Shown one piece after another: positions 30,168-44,005 of a DNA stretch of 64,000 nt; positions within the stretch are counted from its first letter, which is position 1, and the number at the start of each line of letters is the position of its first letter. The notes under the pieces were generated by a model. The model ran no database searches. It saw only the letters and a program-made list of their open reading frames with translations, and had not been told where the DNA came from. Both the position numbers and the translations under genes were made by a program. This DNA comes from the human T2T-CHM13v2.0 reference genome, Homo sapiens, in NCBI RefSeq assembly GCF_009914755.1, contig NC_060927.1. One strand, written 5' to 3'.

Positions 30168-32775
30168 TGTATTAGTTCGTTTTCACACTGCTGATAAAGA
30201 CATACCGAAGACAAGGCAATTTACGAAGGAAAGAGGTTTAATGGAGAACTCACAGTTCCATGTGGCTGGGGAAGCCTCATAATCATGTTGGAAGGCAAGG
30301 TGGAGCAAGTTACATCTTACGTGGTTGGTGGCAGGAAAAGAGCTTGTATAGGGGAACTCCTGTTTTTAAAACCATCAGATCTCATGAGACCCATTCACTA
30401 TCACAAGAATAGCATGGGAAAGACCCGCTCCCATGATTCAATCATCTCCTACTGGGTCCTTCCCACAACATGTGGAATTATGGGAGCTACAAGATGAGAT
30501 TTGGGTGGGGACACAGAGCCAAACCATATCATTGCACCCCTGGCCCCTCCCAAATCTCATATCTTTACATTTCAAAACCAAACATGCCTTCCCAACAGTT
30601 CCCCAAAATCTCAACTCATTTCAGCATTAACTCAAAAGTCCACAGTCCAAAGTCTCATCTGAGACAAGGCAAGTCCTTTCCACCTATGAGCCTGTAAAAT
30701 CAAAAGAAAGTTAGTTACTTCTTAGATACAATGAGGTCTCAGGTATTGGGTAAATACAGCCATTACAAATGGGAGAAATTGACCAAAATACAGGGGCTAC
30801 AGGCTCCATGCAAGTCCAAAATCCAGCAGGGCAGTCAAATCTTAAAGCTCTAAAATGATCTCCTTTGACTCCATGTCTCACATCCAGGTTATGCTGATGC
30901 AAGAGGTGGGTTCCCATGGCCTTGGGCAGCTCTGCCCATGTGGCTTTGCAGGGTATAGCCCCCCTCCTGGCTGCTTTTACCGGCTGGTGTTGAGCATCTG
31001 TGGCTTTTTCAGGTATGCAGTGCAAGCTGTTGGTGGATCTACCATTCTGGGGTCTGAGGACGGTGGCGTGGCCCTCTTCTCACAGCTCCACTACGTGGTG
31101 CCCCAGTAGGGACTCTCTGTGGGGGCTCTGACCCCACATTTCTTTTTTGCAGAGGTTCTCCATGATGGCCTCGCCCCTGCAACAAATATTTGCTTGGGCA
31201 TTCAGGCGTTTCCATACACCTTATGAAATCTAGGCAGAGGTGGGCTGGGCGCGGTGGCTCACACCTGTAATCCCAGCACTTTGGGAGGCCAAAGCGGAAG
31301 GATCATGAGGTCAGGAGATCAAGACCATCCTGACTAACATGGTGAAACCCCATCTCTACTAAAAATACAAAACAAAATTAGCTGGGCGTGGTGGTGGGTG
31401 CCTGTAGTCCCAGCTACTTGGGAGGGTGAGGCAGGAGAATGGTGTGAACTCGGGAGGCGGAGCTTGCAGTGAGCCAAGATTGTGCCACTGTGCTCCACCC
31501 TGGGCAACAGAGCGAGACTCCGTTTCAAAAAAAGAAAAAAAAAGAAATCTAGGCAGAGGTTCCAAACCACAATTCTTGGCTTCTGTGTACCCACAGGATC
31601 AATACCATGTGGAAGCTACCAAGACTTGGGGCTTCCACCCTCTGAAGCAGCAGCCTGTGTTGTTCCTTGGCCCATTTTAGTCAAGGCTGGAGCAGCTGGG
31701 ACTCAGGGCACCAAGTCCCAAGACTGCACACAGCAGAGGGACCCTGGGCCTGGCCCATGAAACTATTTTTTCCTCCCAAACCTCCAGGCTTGTGATGGGA
31801 GGGGCTGCCGCAAAGGTCTCTGACATGCCCTAGAGACATTTTCCCCATTGTCTTGATGATTTAGCATTTGGCTCCTTTTTTACTTAGGCAAATTTCTCCA
31901 GCTGGCTTGAATTTCTCCATAGAGAATGAGATTTTCTTTTCTATCACATTGTCAGGCTGCAAATTTTCCAAATTTTTATGCTCTGTTTCCCTTTTAAAAC
32001 TGAATGCCTTTATCAGCACCCAAGTCATCTCTTGAATGCTCTGCTACTTAGAAATTTCTTCTACCAGATACCTTAAATCATCTCTCTCAAGTTCAAAGTT
32101 CGACAAATCTCTAGGATGGGCAAAATGCCACCAATCTCTTTGCTGAAACATAACAAGAGTCACCTTTGCTCCAGTTCCCAACAAGTTCCTTATCTTTATC
32201 TGAGACCACCTCACCCTGTATTTCATTTTCTCTATAATTGTCAGCATTTTGGTCAAAGTCATTCAACAAATCTCTATGGAGTTGCAAACTTTCCCACATT
32301 TCCCTGTCTTTTTCTGAGCCCTCCAAACTGTTCCAATGTCTCCCTATTTCCCAGTTCCAAAGTTGCTTCCACATTTTCAGGTATCTTTTCAGCAGTGCCC
32401 CACTCCTGGTACCAATTTATTGTATCAGTCTGCTGCTGATAAAGACATATCCAAGACTGGGCAATTTACAAAGGAAAGAGGTTTAATGGAAAACTCACAG
32501 TTTCACATGGCTGGGGAAGCCTCACCATCATTGCAGAATACAAGGAGGAGCAAGTCACATCTTTCATGGATGGTGGCAGGAAAAAAGAGAGCAGGGAAAC
32601 TCCCATTTTTAACACCATCAGATCTTGTGAGACACATTCACTATCATGAGAACAGCATGGGAAAGACATGCCCCCATGATTCAGTCATCTATTACCAGGT
32701 CCCTCCCATAACACATGGGAATTATGGGAGCTACAAGATGAAATTTGGGTGGGGACACAGAGCCAAACCGTATCA
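30168..32775 (-). mobile_element. Two-LTR THE1 (THE1A-like) MaLR element: 5' LTR 32421-32775, internal 30532-32420, 3' LTR 30168-30531
   Basis: Two direct ~360-bp LTRs (tgtat...aaacc(a/g)tatca). Polypurine tract next to 30531 and aaattggtacca start next to 32421. Near-TSD aatgt/aatat. The cluster of ORFs here is THE1-derived. Confidence 0.93.
31243..31543 (+). mobile_element. AluY-type element inserted in the THE1 internal region
   Basis: Perfect 17-bp TSD gaaatctaggcagaggt (31225-31241 and 31544-31560); gaatggtgtgaac and gcttgcagtgag diagnostics. Confidence 0.93.
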
Positions 32776-33367
32776 AATATTAAATGGAATTTGCACCTTG
32801 TTGAATATATATATTTGGATATATAACATCATAATTTCCTAGTAAATTATATCTTTTATGCATTCTGTCTCAAGTTAGTGTGCTAATTTCCCCTGTGTAG
32901 TTTCACAAGACAATGTTTTTCATTCACTAACCACATTTCACACTGCATTAATAATAACACAGTCGCATTTCCCTGTGTGCTGCCTTCAGGGTTATAAGAT
33001 ATGTAGGGACATTCGTTAAGCCCAGGTAAATATTTAAATATCACTTATGAGAGAGAGAGAGATAACAATGGCATTTGCTGCCAGCCCTAAGGTCCTTTGA
33101 GATGTGTATGAATGCATATGACTTGTTCAGCCTATTAAGCAGATGCTAGTTCAGCTGTAGTGCATGTGTTAATATTCTGACAGTTTTGGGGTGGGGTCAT
33201 GGGGGAATTATGTATGTACGAAGATTGCAGATATGAGCTTTGGGGATGCCTTTTAAAATTTGTATTTATTTATTTTAAGCATTGATCTCACAGATGTATT
33301 AATACTATTAGTTTTGATTCTAGAAAATTATAAAAATTAAAAAGCAATTAGGAATAGAATAAAAGCA

Positions 33368-33925
33368 TGAAGAAAAATCGTATCTAAGATTTTGAAGGAG
33401 GTTTATTGGAAGCCAAATGTGAAGATCTACCCGTGAAGACACACCAAACAAAGAGTCTGTTACAGGTTGGGAGGCTTTCCTAAGGAAGCTTAGAAGAAGG
33501 GAGGAAGACTCCTCATATCAGAGTTGTTCTTTTTACTGGAGGGTATAACACAGAGGTTATAATCACTGGCTACAGATATCAACATACAGGTTAAAATGTC
33601 TACATGCAAGACAATTGGCAAAACTTCCTGATTCTGAAACAAATCAGCCAAACTTCACGATTCAAAGACAAATCAGCATCCTTTTCAATGTCATTAGGTT
33701 ATGTATTCGTCAGTATGTAATTTGGGGAACTCAGAAAAAATTCTTTACTCAGTGACAGGATGTTACCATAAATCACAAGACAAGTTAACTTGGAAGACTG
33801 TTTACTTTCAAAGTAAACTGCCAAATGTGGCCTGTAGGTTATCAAATAAAATAAATCGATCATTAATTTTGTCTGAAGTTTTCCTTAGTCCAATAACCAG
33901 GCATTGATTTTCAGGTGTTCCTCTT
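33368..33925 (-). mobile_element. Possible ERV1-class solo LTR (subfamily not assigned)
   Basis: Starts tgaagaaaa...ggaggtttattgg (reverse-strand AATAAA near the end), a layout typical of LTRs. Not matched to a specific consensus. Confidence 0.35.
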
Positions 33926-34275
33926 TACTGTTTGTTTGGTCATGTGATACTACGAACTGTAAGGAATTATTTAAAGTCTAAATAGTACAACTCTTTCAAT
34001 TAGGGAAGGCATTTCTTAATATTTCAGCTCACAAAAGGAATAATATATTTCCTTATACTATTCTGAGACGTGAAAAAGATACTGAGGTCTTTTTCTTTAT
34101 AGAAAGATAAAATTAAATAAAGATTTAAAAGAAAAAGAGATTTTATAAAACTATATTATTCCTGTGTGTTTTTGCTGCTCTAGATGTATAAAAATATCTG
34201 AAATAATGAAAAACAAACAAATGAAAACTCCTAATTACTGAATGCTAGTATTTTCTTTTTCCTTTTTTCTTTCAG

Positions 34276-34369
34276 CTCTCAGGAGAAGTGATTTTGCAAA
34301 TTGCCAACGAACCTGTTCTGCCCTTTAATGCACTTGATATAGCTTTAGAAGTTCAAAACAACCTTAAAG
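34276..34369 (+). CDS. NAALADL2: NAALADL2 internal coding exon (likely exon 12), 94 nt, LSGEVILQIANEPVLPFNALDIALEVQNNLK(G)
   Basis: Long polypyrimidine tract ending ttctttcag at 34275 and donor AAG|gtaatt at 34370. Open frame, phase 0 in and phase 1 out, matching the next exon (G+GT = Gly). Peptide recognised as NAALADL2 (M28/PSMA-TfR-like family). Too short for the ORF track. Confidence 0.93.
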
Positions 34370-34683
34370 GTAATTTTCCTTTGAATTATAGTAATTTTAC
34401 CAATGAAAAATTGTTCAACTAATTTTCAACAAGGAATGGATGAAGTCATCAATGATCTTACTAGCCATGGCAATGCTGTGCTTCCTGGAGAGGCTGATCC
34501 TGGGAAGGACCTGGAAGAATTTTAGTTTTCATTCAACAAAAATGAGATGCACGGATGTGTAAGCATAATGGAGAATATCAGATTTTGAAGGATGGCCCAT
34601 CTATTTTATCAAAGAGATTTATAATTCTAAGTTTCTGTTATTATTTACAGGTTTCATGTAGAATAATACAGTTCAATGATCCA

Positions 34684-34718
<35 letters not shown>

Positions 34719-35162
34719 CTAACAGCCAATCAGTTCAAACAAGATTGGCCCAGAAGTTTCTCTTTTGGGGTTGGTTTCTGTGTGGTATGGGCCCCATTCC
34801 ATTTGACTGAGTTATTGGCTCAGACTTTAGATCAAAGATGATAAAGAAGAAACCAGGCAATTATTTCTGAGTCTCTATTTCAATTCCTTCATGTTTGAAT
34901 ATATCTCTCTCAGCAGAATTCTGACCCCACCCTAATAATTACCTTCATTTCCCCTTCATCTACATACAAATCTTTCAATTAGGCTCCTAATTTGTCTTCA
35001 TTAACCAAATACAAAGGGCAGTATTGTGATTAAAGATTTCACCCTCCTCCTCTTTGAGTCACACATCTTCCTAACAGATCTTTAATGAGTCATTTGTGGA
35101 CAACTACTTCTCAATAAAAAAGTCAATATTTTAACTGTAGAGCTGAAACAGTAATCCTTTGA

Positions 35163-35514
<352 letters not shown>

Positions 35515-36599
35515 CCCTTTTTTTTTCTTTACCTGGATTGTTTCTTACTCCCTGGATTAGAGATTACTCCATTTTTCCCCCTCAATACTTCTTATGATTT
35601 TATTATAGTGACTGTAAAACCATGACCTTGTGAACAGTTTGAGCCACTTACAGCTATTTGTTACCATACAAATAGCCTCATATTGCTCTCCTTTTTATAT
35701 ATTTAAGTTAGTCTCTATATAGTTTCCTTCTTTCCTACCTACATTAGGCTTTCATCTTACTGTTGTCAGTGTGTCTACTGTAGCAGTCACTCTGGGCAAC
35801 CAAACATATGGCACTTTGCAAAATAAGAACAAAGAAGGTATAAATAAAGGTCTAAATAGTTTTGTGAATAATAAATATCATTTTTGCAAATATTTTTTTA
35901 AACAGTAATTTTATTTATTCTGTAAACTGTTTTGCTGTTTCTTTAGTTTTTATATTTTATACTTCAGAAAATTCTATTGGTATTCCATATAAAACTTTAA
36001 ACTTTCAGAGAACAAAAGGAGTTTAACAACCTCACAATACTTGTTCATCTAAAAGCAATAACTATCATGCATGAAAAGAAGCCCCAAAGAGTATACTGCA
36101 AAATGCTAACATTATATAATAGAATTATAAATGATAGGTTGCTTTCCTGAGACCAGAAGTATTAGCAATACTGTCATTTTACATGCTAAAATCAATTTTT
36201 TAAACAATGGGGTTTATTCTTCAAAATTCATATATATGATCCTTTTGTGGTTCATATTTGTGACGATTCGGTTGTCAGGCCAATGTGTGAGATTTACCTC
36301 CTTCAAACCTTGTTAGCACATTGGCACATTTCAATTGTCTGACATAAGAAATCTACAAATTGGCACAATATTTCCACATTATAACCACTATATAAACATT
36401 TTAATTAACATAGGCTAATACTGATGCTCAAAAAAATGACCTATTGGGTTATTGCTAGAATTAGATTATTAATCTGGTTGGTGTGGATGATTAAGAACCC
36501 TTTCAACATCTGAAGAAAATCATTATCTTTCTCCACAGAAAGTTAAATGTATACAAAAATTTTTGCATGTAATCCCCATGGACTTCACATCTCCTGAAT

Positions 36600-38070
36600 C
36601 CACTTTTTCATTCATTTAACAAATATTTATTGAGCCTCTCTGGTATACTTGGCACAGTTCCATTATCAAAACAAACAAACAAAACAAAAACAAACAGCAG
36701 TTAGATAAATAAACCAAAATTAAAATCCCTTCTCCTAAGAAACATACCTACATACATTCCCATAGTGGAACAAAATTAGCATAAATAAAAGCAAATCTGA
36801 AAATAGCACTATGCTCAAACTAATATCAATCACTAAATGCCATAATATTAATTACTTTGATACAAATTTGCATTCCCAAAATAAATGTCATAGCAGAACA
36901 TAGCAGTTGTATCCAGAGTATGGAGGAGAGATCTGACCTGAGAATGTAAATTTCGGATTCATCCTAGATGAAATTACTAGGGGATTACATGTAGAGGACA
37001 GAAAAGGTCTAAGACTTCTCAGGCGCTCCTTCCTTTAGAAACTGGGATAAAGGTACAATTATAGGAGGAGACCAAGGAGGAGTGGCCAAAAAATAATAGA
37101 AAAACAAGCGAATCTTATAACCAGAGGCCAAGTGGATAATATATTTCAAAGAAGAGGAAGTAATCAACTGTGTCAAATGCTGGTAATGGGTAAACAAAAG
37201 GAGAACAGAGAATTGACTAGTGGATTTAGCAATGTGGAAATCATTGGTGATCTTAACAAACAAAATCATTTTAGTAGATTAGTATAAGCAAAAGCCGGAT
37301 TAGAAGGCATCCGAAAGAAAATGGGAGGTGATAAATTGGGGATGTGTGGCAGTGTCAGAGTCATTTGAACCAGAGTGACTCCACCTTGAATGAGGGCTAG
37401 GAAAATGAGGCTGGGACTTGCTAGGCCATATTCCCAGAAAGTTAGGCATTCCTAGTCTCTCGATGTTTATGGTTAAAGGAACAGATTGATAACGTTTACT
37501 CAACAGACCCAGACTTGGGAGTGTTCTAATATCACAATATCTTGAGAACAAAGGCATTTCTAATTTTGCTTTAAAGACAACAGTATTGGTTCTTGCAAAA
37601 TATAGTAATTAAGAAAATTAATCCTTTATCACAAACCCTTATAGCAGAGCGCATCTCCCCATGATCTTTTTTATCCTGAATATAAACAAGCATTGTACCT
37701 AGGGCGGACATGTTCCTCCTCTTACTTTAGGAAATGTTCTGCTCTCTCTATGGAGTGGCTGTTCTTTCAGCACTTTACTTTCTTAATAAACTTGCTTTTG
37801 ATTTGCACTGCGGACTCGCCCTTAATTTTTTCTTGTGTAAGATCCAAGAACCCTCTCTTGGGGGTCTGGATCGGGACCCCCTTCCTGTAACAGTGGTATA
37901 GGTGATAAAAAAGTATGGAGTCAAGGAAGTGTAGCATGTTTTTATTTTGATGACAGTGATCTAGTGGAGAGGTAAAATTTGCTCACACAAGAGAGTAAAG
38001 GGAGAATTGCTGGACTGATTTTCTTAATTAGGGGAAGCACAAGGATTGAGGACTTCACATTAGTTAGGAA
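36600..38070. mobile_element. L2 relic interrupted by MER41C
   Basis: ttcattcatttaacaaatatttattgagc tail; gagaattgactagtggatttagcaatgtggaaatcattggtgatctt L2 phrase. Confidence 0.65.
37353..37892 (+). mobile_element. MER41C-like ERV1 solo LTR
   Basis: tgtcagagtcatttgaaccagagtgactcca...aataaac...gatccaagaaccctctcttgggggtctggatcgggacccccttcctgtaaca. Confidence 0.9.
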
Positions 38071-38071
38071 C

Positions 38072-38434
38072 TGTCATAGTCCATTCAGGCAGTTAAAACA
38101 AAATACCATAGACTGGATGGCTTATCAACAACAGTAATTTATTTCTTACAATTCTGGAGGCTGAGATATCCAAGATCAAAGCATCAGCAGTTTCGCTGTT
38201 TGGTGAGGGTTCACTTCCCGGTTCAAAGATGGCCATCTTTTTGCTATTAACTTCACATGGTAGAAGGGTTGAGGGAGCTGTCTTGTGTTTCTTTTAAAAG
38301 GGCACTAATTTAATTTTTTAGGGCTCTGGCCTCACGAACTAATCAATTCTAAAAGATCCTACCTCCTAATACCATCACTTTAGGGGTTAGATTTAAACAT
38401 GAATTTTGGGGGACATAGCATTCATACCAAAGCA
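38072..38434 (-). mobile_element. MLT1A-type MaLR solo LTR
   Basis: TG...CA termini with perfect 5-bp TSD ggaac (38067-38071 and 38435-38439). Confidence 0.88.
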
Positions 38435-38782
38435 GGAACACAGTAGTCCATCCATGAAAATGTGAAGGGAGGCAGAACACACAGTAGATGGGTAAATTTG
38501 CTGTTGAGATTCCTTGGCAAGTTTCTTTAGATTAGAAAAACATAAAATAGCTGTTTTTTTTTTAGGAGGGTAAGAAAGTGAAAAACCATGAAAATATAAC
38601 TTTTTTGGGGCAGAATTAAGAACCCAGAAGAGATACATATTATAAAAGAGATAATTCAGCATAATTTTTGATTTTTTCCAGCCTCCAGAGGGAGATGCAA
38701 ATGTAGGGGAGAAAAGAGCTGTTTCCTCACTTATCACTAGGTTGATGGTTGAGACACCTATAACAAAAGACACATTAACAAG

Positions 38783-39664
<882 letters not shown>

Positions 39665-39967
39665 CTATGTAATGTAAGTTTTGCATGACACAGGAGCCTT
39701 CAGAAATGAAAACCCAAAGAAAGAGGGAAATGTATGTATTTTTATGCTAAGTTTGATGAAGAGTTCAGAAGTATGATTAGAAGACAAAAAGATATGATCT
39801 AATTGTAATAAGTTGGGGGGAATTCAGTAAGATCTCTGTTCAGATTATTCTCAGTGTCTGTATCTCTTTGAGGACAAGGATGTTTCTTTTCTCCCGGTGT
39901 AGGGAGGGTATCTCTGGAATAAAAGTTTTATGTCTTACTTCAGAGGAAGGTCAGACAATTCCAAATC

Positions 39968-40268
39968 TTTTTTTTTTTTTCAGACGGAGTTTCATTGTTG
40001 TTGCCCAGGCTGGAGTGCAGTGGTGCTGCGCGATCTCTGCTCACTGCAACCTCCTCCTCCCGGGTTCAAGTGATTCTCCTGCCTCAGCCTCCCAAGTAGA
40101 TGGGATTACAGGCATGCACCACCATGCCCAGCTAATTTTTGTATTTTTAGTAGAGATGGGGTTTCACCATGTTGGCCAGGCCCTTCTTGAACTCCTGACC
40201 TTAGGTGATCTGCCCGCCTTGGCCTCCCAAAGTGCTGGGATTACAGGCATGAGCCACCATGCCCGGCC
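39968..40268 (-). mobile_element. AluSq/Sp-like
   Basis: gagtttcattgttgttgcccaggc; explains the 189-aa ORF 39868..40437. Confidence 0.92.
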
Positions 40269-40485
40269 CAGAGAATTCTTTTATGGCAGGCTTCAGGGGA
40301 GAGGGCCAGGAGAAGGTCAGAGACAAGGTCTTGCTTCTATTGCTTCCTCAAATGCCAAGGTGCCATATTTTGGGATAGGGTGTCCTGAACCCCATCACAG
40401 GCATAGAACAGGCAGAGTTGGGTTTAACCAGGGCTAGACCTTTTCTGAGAGAAGGACAATGAACTGCATAGGATAAAGAAAACTG

Positions 40486-40575
40486 GATGTACATAAAGGA
40501 TGTATGTAATGAATGCATTATGATGGACCAGATGTACGTGAAGGATGTATGTAATGAATGCATTGTGATGGACCA
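40486..40575. repeat. 2 x 45-bp tandem duplication
   Basis: gatgtac(a/g)t(a/g)aaggatgtatgtaatgaatgcatt(a/g)tgatggacca twice. Confidence 0.95.
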
Positions 40576-42352
40576 AAGTATCTTAACTGGGGTTGGAATA
40601 AAGTGAGGTTACGAAAGGAGTGAAGGGTAGTGAAAAGGAGGTAGGACCAATAGACTTCATGTCATAGTGAGATCGAAGAATTGACAACACATGAGCTGAC
40701 AAGGCAGGAGGTGGTAGTCAGCAAGTTGGATTCGTGAAAACGAGATCATAGAAAGAGTGCAGACATTGGTAAGGACAGCGTCCAGGCCAGTGTATGACCA
40801 TGAGAGTGTGGCACATGGTTGCTAGAAGAAAAGAGGCTAAGGAAAAGAGAGTATCTCTATGTGGATATTGACATTGTAAAGAATTAAGCTTTTTGTAAGA
40901 GTGAGTAATGATGAGTCAGGAGGTAAAAATCTTCAAAGAATGAGTGGTGATCTAGAAGCACCTCACATTATTCTTCTAGGGTTGGTGGTACAAAAGCACA
41001 GGGTGAAAAAGCACTGCTGCCTACGACAGCTAAAATGCAAGTGATATCATTAGGGGAGAACCAGGTTTCAACTAAAGCAAGAAGGGAAAGAAAATATTCT
41101 CAGAATAGGCCAGGGAAATTAATAACCCTTTCTTTAATAGTTATACCTAAGCGTGTGTCATCACAGGAGGAACAAAACAAAACAGAACTGCAATGATTCA
41201 ATGGAGATTTTCACTCCAAGCCAGACACCTCTATATCTAGATGAATCTGCCCCTAAAATCCAAGGTTCTCAAATGGATGAGCCAGGAGTACTTTGGCTTC
41301 TTACAGTTATATCAGACTTCTACCCAAGATGAAGAACTTTCTCTGGTTATTGGTTGTTGCATGTGCTTAGTTTTCTTTGGATGTGAAATTCCTTGGGTCT
41401 CCCTGTCACTTTCACTGGGAAAGGTGAGGCCAGACTTGAGATGTACCCATATTAGAAAAAACAAGCAAAGCAAAACAAAGTGTAACCAAACAACATAAGC
41501 AAAAATATTATTTTACCATGTCCTGTGTGTGACTGTTTGATAAAATTAATAAAACCTGACACCTTTAAACTATACATTTTTATATTTTACTTTTTGTGAC
41601 TTAAAATAATCATGGTCAAAGATTATTCAAATAGTTGCTAAATTGTAGGCATCAGTTCTATTTTAGTTATGCCTTACTTCTAAAAATGGAATACAGTAAA
41701 GGGCTAATGTGTGAATAATGGAAACCACTTATCAATACCTAAATACATATTGCAGTTTTAACTTTAGCTACAATGCTAGATAAGTTCATTAGCTAAACAG
41801 AATTCTTGTACTGTGTTAAATGAAACATATAATTTTACTGCTTAATACAAGCTTAAATTGTTGATATTTTTCTTATTTTTATGACAATTCACAGTGATTA
41901 CTATTAATTTCTCAATTGCAGTGAAAAAAAAAAACTGACCTTCAAGGCTGAACCAGAAAATACTGTTTCTCCTTACTGCAAACAGTATAAATATGAAGGT
42001 CTCTGAAACCCAATTGCATTTTCAACGGTGTAATTTTTACCACTTGACAACCGGCCATCTTGTTTATTTATTACGCTAGTTTACAGTAGCAGCAGACCAT
42101 TCTCAACCGTTCTCACAACCACCAGAAAGAAGGATAATTTACCAGTGAATAATTTGTTTGGGTTGATTTATTGGATGGTTCTTGAAAGCTCACTTTGACT
42201 GAGTAACCTTGGCTCTTAATATTTGGTCAATGCCAAGCACATAATGGAGAATGAATATTTATTTGTGGTATATGGAGATATAGTGTAAATAGTGATGGAT
42301 AAGATAGCTGATATACTTCAGATGTATTAATACTTGTGACAAAAAATGAATA

Positions 42353-42640
42353 CAGTTGTCCCTCAGTATCCATGGAGAATTGGTTCCAGGAACTCTCTCA
42401 AATACCAAAATCCATGAATGTTCAAGTTCTTCATATAAAATTATGTAGTATTTGCATATAACTTGTGCACACTATAGATCATCTCTAGATTACTTATAAT
42501 ACCTAATGCAATGTAAATGCTATGGAAATTGTTGTTATACTGAATTGCTTGGGGAATAATGACAAGAAAAAACAGTCTGCATGTAGTAGTACAGAAACCA
42601 TTTTTTTCCACAAATATTTTCAATCTACAGTTGCTAACTG
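42353..42640. mobile_element. MER2 (TcMar-Tigger) with internal deletions
   Basis: ta|cagttgtccctcagtatcc...aactg|ta; internal tagtatttgcatataac and atcatctctagattacttataatacctaat. Confidence 0.85.
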
Positions 42641-43829
42641 TATGTCCAAAAAATGCATTTAGAATGCAATGGTACTAGTTTGCAGGGGCAGAGGAAGGTA
42701 TCAAAAACAAATAAAATACAACCCTACCCTTGAACCTTAGAGCAGACTAAAGAGTAAGCGCATAATAATCTTACTAAATTTGATGCTCCTCACCTTACCC
42801 ACTTCTTAATGTCTAAAACAGCACTTTAAAACAATTAATGTCTGCGTAATTCTGATGTTTCTTGCTTAATATATGCTATTTTTCTTCATCAGATTTCTTA
42901 AATAGCATTATCGTAAAGACTTCATATGACCAAATAAAGTAAAAGTAATTTTCATTTGATCTAGCTAGGTACACATTTATTTAGTGCAAGCCAGACTCAG
43001 CAGGAAACATAATTTTGAACTGTGTGTCTTATTGCCACCTCCTGATTATCTCACTAAATGTAAAATAGTTGCTGGCAGCGTTTCCTCCTGTTCTTTGAAT
43101 AACTGACAATGAGAATTTGGTCTGACTTTTTTCTTTTTTTTTTCATTAGCTCTGATAATTCATTAGCGTCAATCACTTCATTTTGGAAGAAAGGATAGTA
43201 TTTCAAGGTGATGATCACACTAAAGCAAGCATTCCGTGTCCTGTTAGATTTGTAGTTTCAATTTTTAGGTGTCACTTGGTTTGTTTTTTTTTTTTTTTTA
43301 ATCAATTGCAAATGATTGAGATCTATGTAATATGTTTTTTTTTTCTAAAAATTAAAAAGTGAGTTTCCCAACTAGCAAAATTAAGTTAAGCACCGTACAG
43401 TTTGCCTGAGTCTATTTCTCAGCCCATCTGTCTTCAATTTTGATTTAATTACCACCAATTCCAGCTCTGGCCTGGCCAGTAGATAATGAAGTACACTGGG
43501 TCCTCAATCCTGGGCCCTCCCTCAGAAGTCCAAGGCAGCCTGACTAAAATCCAGACAGTTCCAATAAAAGATTTTGTTCCTGTGGGAATTCTGTATCATG
43601 TTAGATTTCTAGCAGTTTGATCTGAGCTGGCATTTCTAAAACTTACCTTTTTCATTTGACAAGGACGTAAACTCTAAAGCATTCAATGAGAAGTATCTTA
43701 CCTTGTTTGCTCAAATTAATAGAGAAGTTTAATAAGAGGTTGGCCATCCATTGGGGGCAAATTCCTAAAAATACATTTAGTCTCAATCCCCATTACATTT
43801 TTATATAGACTGACTACATAACCATATTA

Positions 43830-44005
43830 AATTGGTTCCAGGAACTCTCTCAAATGCCAAAATCCATGAATGTTCAAGTTCCTCATATAAAATGGTGTAG
43901 TATTTGCATATAACCTGGGCACATCCTCTAACACACTTTAGATCATCTCTAGATTAATATCAAATGCAATGTAAATGCTATGTAAATAGTTGTTATACTG
44001 AATTG
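43830..44005. mobile_element. Internal MER2 fragment, near-copy of 42378-42547
   Basis: aattggttccaggaactctctcaaat...gttatactgaattg; no terminal inverted repeats. Confidence 0.85.

Noticed and set aside
30285-32842. Dense cluster of overlapping ORFs up to 168 aa
   Set aside because: All lie within THE1 LTR/internal sequence or the nested Alu; no intact retroviral protein.
39868-40437. Longest ORF (189 aa)
   Set aside because: Reads through an antisense Alu and LTR sequence, giving a typical Alu-derived peptide with a non-ATG start.
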